Positions 42,748 to 50,608 are shown, counted from the stretch's first letter. The stretch: 54,418 nucleotides of DNA from an uncultured bacterium (GCA_964443545.1 CAYUCV010000006.1:1-54418); one strand, 5' to 3'. Notes: generated by a model not told the origin, from the letters alone. Numbers and translations: made by a program.

Positions 42748-43652
42748 TCTGCGAGTTCTACTTTACCTTAAGATGCAACTCATCCTGCGAGTTCTGCGGC
42801 AACTGGCGCGACGACTCTCTCCTTTCTATTAACGAAACACCCGCCGGAGAACTTGACGCTTTTTTTCGCGACCTCAAGTTCCTCGGGGTTAGAACGGTGG
42901 TTTTTACGGGAGGAGAGCCTCTTTTGAGGGATGATCTTTCGCAGGCATTAAAATCGGCGCTGGCCTGCGGGCTTGAGACAAAACTTTTTACCAACGGTCT
43001 CCTTTATCCGGAAAAGCAGGACGAGCTGACCGGCCTTGTCGGTGAGCTTTATATTTCGCTGGATGCTCCCATACAGAGCGAACATGACAGGATAAGGGGG
43101 CAGGAGTGTTTTGCCGAGGCTATCGAAAGCCTTAGTGCGGCGGCAAAAAAGGGACAGGCAACGGTCTTGAATTTTACCATTACAAGGGACAGTATCGGGC
43201 ATCTTCCCGACATGGTCGAACTTGCGGGGAAGCTGGGAGTTAAGCTCAGGATCAATCCGGTCTATGATTATTTCGGGGTCGAGGGCTTTGAGAAGGAATC
43301 ACTAGAATATATCAGGCGCTATCTCAAGCATAAAAAAGTGATTTTGAGCGCAAAAATGCTGGACATCCTTAAGAACAGGGGAAATGATATTAAGGCCCCG
43401 GTCTGCAGGGCTCTGGATAAGGTAATTACCGTGCTTTGCGACCTGAGCCTGGTTTTGCCGTGCTTTAGGTTAAGACACGCGCATATTCCGACGCAGGGCA
43501 GGCTTTTGAGCGCCTTCAATTCGGATATTGTAAAGGGTTATAAACAGCTTAAGGGAAGGGACAGAGAGTGTTCCGGCTGCATGAGATGGGAATACCTTGT
43601 TCCTGACGAGGCGCCCGGCTTCCTGAAAAGGATCATCCCCGCTCTTAAATAA
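42744..43652 (+). CDS. radical SAM protein with Cys-rich C-terminal region, function unknown
   Basis: CNSSCEFC (CX3CX2C) at residues 11-18 and a GGEPLL glycine-rich SAM motif. C-terminal cysteines (PVCRAL, LCD, PCF, CSGC). ATGA overlap with the MFS gene. Confidence 0.8.
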   Translation: MICEFYFTLRCNSSCEFCGNWRDDSLLSINETPAGELDAFFRDLKFLGVRTVVFTGGEPLLRDDLSQALKSALACGLETKLFTNGLLYPEKQDELTGLVGELYISLDAPIQSEHDRIRGQECFAEAIESLSAAAKKGQATVLNFTITRDSIGHLPDMVELAGKLGVKLRINPVYDYFGVEGFEKESLEYIRRYLKHKKVILSAKMLDILKNRGNDIKAPVCRALDKVITVLCDLSLVLPCFRLRHAHIPTQGRLLSAFNSDIVKGYKQLKGRDRECSGCMRWEYLVPDEAPGFLKRIIPALK

Positions 43653-44415
43653 AGAAGGACATGAACAAAAGCGCTGCTGCTACGCGGTAAATGCCAAATG
43701 ATATAAAGGTATGCTTTTGCGTATATGAGATAAGGAATTTGATGCTAAGGAGCGCCGTCACAAAAGAGACCGAAAAGCCGGCTGCAAGGGCCCAGAACTG
43801 GGCAGCTTCAAAGGATGGCGCGCTTTTTGCCATGTCAAGGACCGAGGCCGCAAGCATGGTGGGAACTGCCAGAAGAAAAGAGAACTCAACTATAGTGGTC
43901 CTTTTGAGGCCCAGAAGCAGACCGCCTATTATGGTGGCGGCGGAGCGTGATACTCCCGGGACCATGGCCAGCGCCTGAAAAAGCCCTATAGAGATACAGA
44001 CAGGATAGGGGATAGTGGAGATATCTTCGTGGGCGCTTTCTTTTTCCTTGTGCCGCAGTTCAAAGACTATCAGGAAAAGCCCTCCCAGAAGCAGCGACCA
44101 GACGATGACAGTATGGTTGTCCATAAGGAAGCCTTTTACCACTTTGTAGAGTATTAATCCGAGCGCGGCCGTAGGCAAAAAAGCAGCCAGGACCCTTTTT
44201 AAGCTTTCCAGGTCCAGCAGGAACCTTTTCCAGTACAGCACAAGGACGGAAAGAATGGCCCCGAACTGTATGGTGATGACAAAGCTCTTTACGAACTCGG
44301 TACTTTCGATTCCCATGATGTGTGTCGCAAGAACCAGATGTGCGGTGGACGATACAGGAAGGAATTCTGTAAATCCCTCTATTACTCCGAGAACGATACT
44401 TTGAAAGATGTCCAT
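43645..44415 (-). CDS. uppP: undecaprenyl-diphosphate phosphatase
   Basis: VIEGFTEFLPVSSTAHL...PGVSRSAATI signature motifs. Polytopic membrane protein. Confidence 0.93.
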   Translation of the reverse strand: MDIFQSIVLGVIEGFTEFLPVSSTAHLVLATHIMGIESTEFVKSFVITIQFGAILSVLVLYWKRFLLDLESLKRVLAAFLPTAALGLILYKVVKGFLMDNHTVIVWSLLLGGLFLIVFELRHKEKESAHEDISTIPYPVCISIGLFQALAMVPGVSRSAATIIGGLLLGLKRTTIVEFSFLLAVPTMLAASVLDMAKSAPSFEAAQFWALAAGFSVSFVTALLSIKFLISYTQKHTFISFGIYRVAAALLFMSFFI

Positions 44416-44435
44416 TTATTTGGGGAGCGGGCTTT

Positions 44436-44876
44436 TTAGTGTATGCCTTCCAGGTTAGGTCCGGACGAGCCCTCTTTTTTTGAAGCCGCGGCTTTTTCCC
44501 TTTTCTTGCGCAGGGCCCTGTCGCATAGCGAAAAGATCTCTTCCATAAGAAAGGGTTTTCTCAGGTATTCCATAGCCCCCAGAGTTATGGCATTGGCCTG
44601 TGATTCCTCCGAGGCGTAGGCAGTGACGATTATGGCCTCGGTGGACTGGGAGACCTCTTTTAGCTTTTTGAGCACCTCGAGCCCGCCCATTATGGGCATC
44701 TTAAGATCAATAAAGGCGATGTCGTAGGAGGTCTTTTCGGCGCTTGCTATGGCTTCTATCCCGCTGGAAAAAGTGGAGACCTCATAGTCCTTTATTTCAA
44801 GTATCATCCTGAAGGACTCAAGCGCTCCGGGTTCGTCGTCCACCACCAGTACTTTTATCTTGTGTGTTTCATTCAT
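44436..44876 (-). CDS. stand-alone response regulator receiver
   Basis: KIKVLVVDDE...AFIDLKMPIMGG...EYLRKPF. The start is ATG 44876 or 44885. Confidence 0.88.
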   Translation of the reverse strand: MNETHKIKVLVVDDEPGALESFRMILEIKDYEVSTFSSGIEAIASAEKTSYDIAFIDLKMPIMGGLEVLKKLKEVSQSTEAIIVTAYASEESQANAITLGAMEYLRKPFLMEEIFSLCDRALRKKREKAAASKKEGSSGPNLEGIH

Positions 44877-44973
44877 GATATACAATTCTACCAGAAGGTG
44901 TTTTTAAATGCAATGTATTATAATGTATTATTAAGTTTGATTTGTTATAATAATTTTTAAGGAATAAACACAT

Positions 44974-46221
44974 ATGGCAACCATAGCTCCCTTCAAAGGG
45001 ATCCTGTATAACAAGGAAAAGGTTAGGGATATATCCGACCTGATAGCCCCTCCTTACGATGTCATAGACGAAGCCGAAAGGGAAAGGCTCTATGCCAGGG
45101 ACGAGAACAACATCATAAGGGTGATCCTGGGTAAAGACCATGAAGGCGACAATTCTTCGGACAATAAGTATACAAGGGCGGCACAGTTCATCAAGAACGG
45201 CCTTGCGGAAGGGCTGCTAAAAGAGGACCGGGAGCCGTGCCTCTACATTTTGGAACAGGAATTCTCCTGCAGGGGGGCAAAGCTCCAGCGCAAGGGCTTC
45301 TTTGCCGTATTAAAGTTTGACAGGGAACGCTCGGCAAAGCCGCATGAGAACACATATCAGAAGCCCAAGGACGACAGGCTTGCTCTGCTTCGCGCTACCA
45401 TGACCAATACAGAGCCGGTGTTCGCTTTTTATGACGGAGAACTGTCATGGCCGGTACAGAGCACGCTGGTATTTGAGGCCAGGGACGCCCAAGGAGTTAT
45501 CCATCGCCTCAAGCGAGTCAGCGACCAGGCAGCTATAGGAGCTCTGGTTTCGGGGATGAAAAAAAAGAATGTTTATATAGCGGACGGCCATCACAGGTTC
45601 GAGACCGCTCTTTCTTTTGCAAAAGATATGGGGGCTTCCTCCTCAAGCGACGCGGCGCATAATTACATAATGATGTATTTTACAGGCGCATCGGACAGCG
45701 GTCTTGCGGTCCTTCCGATACACCGCATTCTTAAAGTTGCCGATGAGGACATAGATTCTATTATGAACGCGGCAAAAAAATACTTCCTCATCGTGGAGAT
45801 AGACTCTTATGAACGCATAGAAAGGTCTGTCGGGCATGTGATGGGCTTTTACAGCAGAAAGTCGGACAAGCTTTTCATGTTCAAATTAAGGGACGCTTTT
45901 GCCAAGGACAAACTGATGAAGGAAAGAGGAAGACTTGACCAGAAAGACCTGGATGTTTCCATCCTCCACACGCTGCTTCTTGACGACATCCTTGCAAAAC
46001 ACAAGGATAAAGAGACCAGCGAAGTGATAGTGTACAGCCATGACGAGGCGGAGGCCCTTAACATGGCTAAAAAAGGCAGATTTAATGCGGCGTTCTTGCT
46101 CAGGCCCACCCGGATAGACCAGATCATCAAGGCAGCCGATGCCGGCCTGAAGATGCCTCAAAAATCGACCTTCTTTTATCCTAAACTGGCTTCCGGTCTT
46201 TTGATGCGAAAGATCGTGTAG
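44974..46221 (+). CDS. DUF1015 family protein
   Basis: The N-terminus IAPFKGILYNKEKV...LIAPPYDVI and ADGHHR match my recollection of the DUF1015 signature. Confidence 0.75.
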   Translation: MATIAPFKGILYNKEKVRDISDLIAPPYDVIDEAERERLYARDENNIIRVILGKDHEGDNSSDNKYTRAAQFIKNGLAEGLLKEDREPCLYILEQEFSCRGAKLQRKGFFAVLKFDRERSAKPHENTYQKPKDDRLALLRATMTNTEPVFAFYDGELSWPVQSTLVFEARDAQGVIHRLKRVSDQAAIGALVSGMKKKNVYIADGHHRFETALSFAKDMGASSSSDAAHNYIMMYFTGASDSGLAVLPIHRILKVADEDIDSIMNAAKKYFLIVEIDSYERIERSVGHVMGFYSRKSDKLFMFKLRDAFAKDKLMKERGRLDQKDLDVSILHTLLLDDILAKHKDKETSEVIVYSHDEAEALNMAKKGRFNAAFLLRPTRIDQIIKAADAGLKMPQKSTFFYPKLASGLLMRKIV

Positions 46222-46295
46222 CGTTTGCGCAGAGGATCATGAGCGAGCGTAAGCGAGTCGAATGAGAGCGAAGGCCTTCGACAAGCTCAGGCCAA

Positions 46296-46369
46296 GTCGG
46301 GGTAGCTCAGACGGTTAGAGCGAGGGACTCATAAGCCCTAGGTCGCCGGTTCGATTCCGGCCCCCGACA
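46296..46369 (+). tRNA. tRNA with CAT anticodon (elongator Met or Ile2/lysidine type)
   Basis: Acceptor GTCGGGG/CCCCGAC (G1-C72, so not an initiator), D arm GCTC..GAGC, anticodon arm AGGGA-CTCATAA-GCCCT (31-39 is an A.G mismatch), T arm GCCGG-TTCGATT-CCGGC. Confidence 0.85.
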
Positions 46370-46409
46370 GAACTCGCGTAGCGAGTTCTCCTTGACAAGG
46401 ACAATAGAA

Positions 46410-46757
46410 ATGGAAGAAGACATCAGATTTTTTGACAGGGTCAATGCCGCGCTTTCATACGCGTTCTTCTTTCCGGCTCTCTACATAATTCTCACGGAAA
46501 AAAGAAAGAAAGAATATCTTGCTCTGCATTCTTCCCAGGCGCTGTTTTACTGGGTTTTTTCATTTGTTCTTCTGGTAGCGGTCCGCTACAGCATTGATCA
46601 TGTTATGACCCTCGTTTACATACGCCCCTTTGAGATTATGCTTCCTCTTTTGATGTGGCTTATCTGGCTTTATGCCCTCTGGTGTGCTTTTCTGGCGCTT
46701 CTGGGCAGACAGGTCAATATCCCTCTGGTCTCAGGACTTGCCGGCAGGGTAGCCTAA
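46410..46757 (+). CDS. small polytopic membrane protein (DUF4870-like)
   Basis: 3-4 TM helices. ALSYAFFFPALYIILTEKRKKEYLALHSSQALFYW resembles the DUF4870 pattern. The start is ATG 46410 or TTG 46392. Confidence 0.55.
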   Translation: MEEDIRFFDRVNAALSYAFFFPALYIILTEKRKKEYLALHSSQALFYWVFSFVLLVAVRYSIDHVMTLVYIRPFEIMLPLLMWLIWLYALWCAFLALLGRQVNIPLVSGLAGRVA

Positions 46758-48140
46758 ATGCTGACACAAAAAGCCCTGAGCACTGTCTCTTCAAAAAAGA
46801 TGTTCTTTCCTAAAGAAAAGGTCATTGTCGGGGTTTCCGGCGGGCCGGATTCCGTTGCACTTCTCCATTTTCTTGTGAGCAATTTCCCCGGGAACATATT
46901 CCATGTCTGCCATCTTAACCATAAACTCAGGGGGAAAGAGTCCGACAGGGATCAAATGCTCGTCAAAAGACTGTGCTCAAAACTGAGATTGAAAGCTTCT
47001 TTCCTTTCCAGGGACGCTGCTCTTTACGCAAAGAGGTCAAAACTGTCCCTTGAAGAGGCCGGAAGGCGGCTGCGGTACGAGTTCTTTAACAGGACAGCAA
47101 ACCGCATAAGGGCCAAAAAGATAGCTTTGGCGCATACAGCCGATGATAACGCAGAAACCTTTCTCATGAGGCTTATCAGAGGCGCCGGCCTTAAAGGGTT
47201 TTGTGCGATCCCGGCAAAGAATGGAAAGGTAATAAGACCGCTCATAGATGTATGGAAATCTGAGGTCATCGAATACTGCCAGGAGAACGGGCTTGATTTC
47301 GGTGTTGATTCCACCAACTTGGAGACCAAACAGTTCAGGAACAAGATCCGCAACGAATTGATCCCCATCCTTTGGAAGTACAATCCAAACATCAAAGAAG
47401 TCCTCATAAACACGGTCAATATGCTTTCGGATGGGTTTGATTATATTGAAACTGCAGCTCAAAAGACCCTCACCCACCGCTTCGCGGTCCCCCCTCTCCC
47501 AGCACGCCCTGGGCGGGCGCTGGGAGAGGGGCAGGGGGTGAGGGTTTCATTGTCCAAACTTGCCAAACTTCATCCCGCATTGAAAACACAGATAGTCAGG
47601 GCTTATATAGAAAAAGTTAAAGGGGATCTCAATGATGTCTCTTACAAACATGTCAGGGATATCCTGGGGCTCAAAAAAGGGCAGCTGCATCTGCCGGGCG
47701 GCGTCTTTGCTGTAGCAGACAACGGCGTCCTTAAGATCACTATCAAGAAACCAAAGGCCCAAACTGCCGCCCGGTTCTTTGAAAGGCTGAGGATCCCCGG
47801 GCGCAGCAGGGCAGGGGTAAAAGCCTCTTTTGCCGCCAGAGTGCCTTCATTTGCAAAAATAAGCAAGAAGGAGGCATACCTTGATGCCTCAAAGATAAGC
47901 GGTGATAAATTGATGGTGAGAAGTTTTGAGGAAGGCGACAGCTTTATCCCCCTTGGCATGAAGGGGCACAAAAAACTCCACGACCTGTTCATAGACGAAA
48001 AAGTGCCTGTTCATATGAGAGCGCTGGTGCCGATAGTGTGCGACGAGAAAAAGATCCTTTGGGTAGCCGGCCTTAGATTGGACGAAAGGGCAAAGACCGA
48101 CAGGAACACGAAAAAAATACTCAGGCTGAGCATCAGCTAG
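46758..48140 (+). CDS. tilS: tRNA(Ile)-lysidine synthetase
   Basis: PP-loop VGVSGGPDSVALL, HLNHKLRG, AHTADDNAETFLMRLIRG. The C-terminal domain ends PIVCDEKKILWVAGLRLDER. Confidence 0.92.
   Translation: MLTQKALSTVSSKKMFFPKEKVIVGVSGGPDSVALLHFLVSNFPGNIFHVCHLNHKLRGKESDRDQMLVKRLCSKLRLKASFLSRDAALYAKRSKLSLEEAGRRLRYEFFNRTANRIRAKKIALAHTADDNAETFLMRLIRGAGLKGFCAIPAKNGKVIRPLIDVWKSEVIEYCQENGLDFGVDSTNLETKQFRNKIRNELIPILWKYNPNIKEVLINTVNMLSDGFDYIETAAQKTLTHRFAVPPLPARPGRALGEGQGVRVSLSKLAKLHPALKTQIVRAYIEKVKGDLNDVSYKHVRDILGLKKGQLHLPGGVFAVADNGVLKITIKKPKAQTAARFFERLRIPGRSRAGVKASFAARVPSFAKISKKEAYLDASKISGDKLMVRSFEEGDSFIPLGMKGHKKLHDLFIDEKVPVHMRALVPIVCDEKKILWVAGLRLDERAKTDRNTKKILRLSIS
47467..47544 (+). repeat. 78-bp GC-rich nested palindrome (REP/MITE-like) lying in frame inside tilS
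   Basis: Outer arms CCCTCACCC (47467-47475) / GGGTGAGGG (47536-47544). Inner arms CCCCTCTCCCAGC (47491-47503) / GCTGGGAGAGGGG (47519-47531). Confidence 0.7.
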
Positions 48141-48155
48141 CCTCTGCGGCATCCG

Positions 48156-48164
48156 TGCTATAAT
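48156..48164 (+). promoter_or_regulatory. extended -10 element TGCTATAAT upstream of folP
   Basis: TGnTATAAT at 48156-48164. The folP ATG at 48175 follows 10 nt later with no SD. No good -35 element. Confidence 0.4.
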
Positions 48165-48174
48165 ACCTTCCGAT

Positions 48175-49389
48175 ATGGGACACCTTGCAAGAATCATATC
48201 GATAGATACCCTTGATGAGGCCAGGAAAGAACTCCTTTCCGTTGGCGTGCATCCCGGAGGCCTCGATATCATGGCCCCCAAGGCCGTGTTTAAGGCTGTC
48301 AAGATAAAAAATGTGAGCGTTGTGGCGGCCAATATCCTTAAGCAGGACATGCTATCGCGCGGAGGAGATGCCGCGACATCAAAAGGCACCATAGACCACT
48401 CAGAAGAAAAAACCGATGTGATACTCCTGGGGACTGTATTTCAATACAAAAGCCTGGCCGAAAGGCTAAAGTCCCAGCAGTTCGGTCTCCCACGGTTAGG
48501 AGAAGAGATCCTGCGCCTTATAAGGACGGACGAGGTCTTTCCCAGCTCTATCCTGGGCATGGATTTTGGTAAAAAGACCTATTTGATGGGGATATTGAAT
48601 GTTACTCCCGATTCTTTTTCGGACGGAGGAAAGTATGTAAGTGCAGAAGACGCGCTTGCCCGCGCTCAGCAAATGATAAATGACGGCGCCCGCATAATAG
48701 ATGTAGGAGGCGAATCAACAAGGCCGGGGGCGGCCGCCGTTCAAGAGGATGCGGAAATCCATAGAGTTGTTCCGGTGATCAAATTGCTAGGGGCAGGCGG
48801 CCAAAATAAATCGATAATCTCCATAGACACCCGCAAAGCCTCAGTGGCCGAGGCGGCGATCAAAGCCGGGGTAAATATGATCAATGATGTGAGCGGTCTT
48901 AGATATGACAAGGATATGGCAGGGGTTGCGGCAAAACACAAAGTGCCGCTCATAATTATGCATTCAAAAGGCGATCCCTCGATGATGCAGAACGATCCGC
49001 GGTATGATGACCTGATAAGCGAGATCCTTTTATTCTTTGAAGATAGCATGGCAATGGCGCTTAAAGCAGGGGTAAAAGAGGACCTTATAATACTGGACCC
49101 CGGCATCGGGTTCGGTAAAACATTTGACCACAACATAGAGATATTGAGAAGGCTTGAGGAGTTCAGATGTTTTGGAAGGCCCGTCTGTATCGGAGTTTCA
49201 AGAAAGTCGTTCATAGGCAAGATCACCGGGGAAGAGCCCTCAAAAAGACTGGAAAGCAGCCTTGCGGCGTCGGTACTTGCCATTTCAAAGAAAGTTGATA
49301 TAATAAGAATTCACGATACGAACCAGGCAGCAAAAGCGGTGGCCGTGGCTGATGCGATCACCCGTAAATCCGTGATAAATCCGGTATAA
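48175..49389 (+). CDS. folP: dihydropteroate synthase with ~125-aa N-terminal extra domain
   Basis: The pterin-binding core runs from LMGILNVTPDSFSDGG through DVGGESTRPG and NDVSG to GIGFGK. The preceding ~125 aa are not part of the canonical core. Confidence 0.9.
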   Translation: MGHLARIISIDTLDEARKELLSVGVHPGGLDIMAPKAVFKAVKIKNVSVVAANILKQDMLSRGGDAATSKGTIDHSEEKTDVILLGTVFQYKSLAERLKSQQFGLPRLGEEILRLIRTDEVFPSSILGMDFGKKTYLMGILNVTPDSFSDGGKYVSAEDALARAQQMINDGARIIDVGGESTRPGAAAVQEDAEIHRVVPVIKLLGAGGQNKSIISIDTRKASVAEAAIKAGVNMINDVSGLRYDKDMAGVAAKHKVPLIIMHSKGDPSMMQNDPRYDDLISEILLFFEDSMAMALKAGVKEDLIILDPGIGFGKTFDHNIEILRRLEEFRCFGRPVCIGVSRKSFIGKITGEEPSKRLESSLAASVLAISKKVDIIRIHDTNQAAKAVAVADAITRKSVINPV

Positions 49390-49401
49390 AAGGAGAGATA
49401 T

Positions 49402-50199
49402 ATGAAAAAGAAAAAGAAGCCCGCTAAAGGCGTCTCCGGCCGAAAAGCAAAAAAGAAGGCGGCAAAAGTAAAAAAGATCCCGCCAAAAAGAAAGAAGCTG
49501 GCCAAAAAGACAGCCGCCAAAAAGAAAGTCGCAAAAAAGACGGGCAAGAAGAAGGCGCCGGCAAAAGCCCCCCAAATAAAGAGCTCAAAGGCAGTAGAAA
49601 AGAAGAACGAGCATAAAGCGCTGGCTGTCGAAAAACAGGTCTTCAAGCCAAAAACTCCGGTTATGGTATATCTTGGCCTTGGCTCCAATGTCGGGGACAG
49701 GGAAGAGTATATCGAACAGGCCATTACCATCCTCAAAGAGACCCCCGGCATCAAGGTCAACCGCAGGGCATCCAACTATGAGACCGAGGCTGCAGGAGGC
49801 GTTCCGCAGGCCCCCTACATAAACAGCGCGGTTTCTATCAGCACAAAGCTGAACCCTTATGAGCTTCTTTCGGTAACCCAGGGCATTGAGGACACTCTTG
49901 GAAGAGAAAGAGGTTCCGAATGGGGGCCCAGGACGATGGACATAGACATTCTTATGTATTCGGACCTGGTGCTAAGCGACGACAAACTGACCGTTCCGCA
50001 TCCTATGATGCACGAGCGCCTATTTGTCCTTGAGCCTATGAGAGAGATCGCTCCCGTGGCCATACATCCCGTCCTGGAAAAGACCGTGTCCGAGCTTTTT
50101 GACGAAAAAAGGGCCGAGACCGCCGATGCATATGACGATGCCCTTCCGGGTTTCAGGGAGATCAAGAGAGGAACAGCAGACGATTACGAACACTGGTAG
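49402..50199 (+). CDS. folK: HPPK (6-hydroxymethyl-7,8-dihydropterin pyrophosphokinase) with 87-aa lysine-rich N-terminal extension
   Basis: The core VYLGLGSNVGDREEY...GPRTMDIDIL...VPHPMMHERLFVLEP begins at residue ~88. The ATG at 49402 has a strong AAGGAGAG SD. There is no stop and no SD before the internal ATG at 49663. Confidence 0.85.
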   Translation: MKKKKKPAKGVSGRKAKKKAAKVKKIPPKRKKLAKKTAAKKKVAKKTGKKKAPAKAPQIKSSKAVEKKNEHKALAVEKQVFKPKTPVMVYLGLGSNVGDREEYIEQAITILKETPGIKVNRRASNYETEAAGGVPQAPYINSAVSISTKLNPYELLSVTQGIEDTLGRERGSEWGPRTMDIDILMYSDLVLSDDKLTVPHPMMHERLFVLEPMREIAPVAIHPVLEKTVSELFDEKRAETADAYDDALPGFREIKRGTADDYEHW

Positions 50200-50608
50200 T
50201 CCCAACGAAACTAGAGAGCTCGGGATAAAACTGGGAAAGGGGCTTAAGGCGGGGGACACGGTGGCCCTGTTCGGCGACCTTGGAAGCGGCAAGACGACTT
50301 TTGTCCAGGGAGTAGCAAAAGGTCTCGGGGTCGCGGGTTTTGTCACCAGCCCCTCTTTTGTTATAGTTAACGAATATAGGACGCTTTCGGGACTGCCTTT
50401 TTATCACATAGACCTATACAGGACCGACAGCCTCTCACAGATAGAAGACCTTGGGATATCCGACATATTGGGGAAGGATTCGATCTCCCTGATAGAATGG
50501 GCAGAAAAAGCCGCGGAGCTGCTGCCGGAAAACTGCCGCAAGATAAGATTTGAGTTCGTATCTGAGAATGAAAGAAGGGTCATAACAGATGAAAGTGCTC
50601 GGGATTAG
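50138..50608 (+). CDS. tsaE: tRNA t6A biosynthesis protein TsaE (start uncertain)
   Basis: ETRELGIKLGKGLKAGDTVALFGDLGSGKTTFVQG (P-loop). There is no canonical start after the folK stop at 50199. Confidence 0.8.
   Translation: MPFRVSGRSREEQQTITNTGSPNETRELGIKLGKGLKAGDTVALFGDLGSGKTTFVQGVAKGLGVAGFVTSPSFVIVNEYRTLSGLPFYHIDLYRTDSLSQIEDLGISDILGKDSISLIEWAEKAAELLPENCRKIRFEFVSENERRVITDESARD

Noticed and set aside
46296-46369. tRNA(CAT) as the integration site of a genomic island
   Set aside because: There is no integrase, no duplicated tRNA 3' half and no compositionally foreign genes nearby. The flanking genes are housekeeping (tilS, folP).
49285-49775. Two minus-strand ORFs (96 and 154 aa, Phe/Leu-rich) opposite the start of folK
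   Set aside because: They are the reverse-complement reading of the AAG/AAA-rich lysine tract. They are pure low-complexity artefacts.
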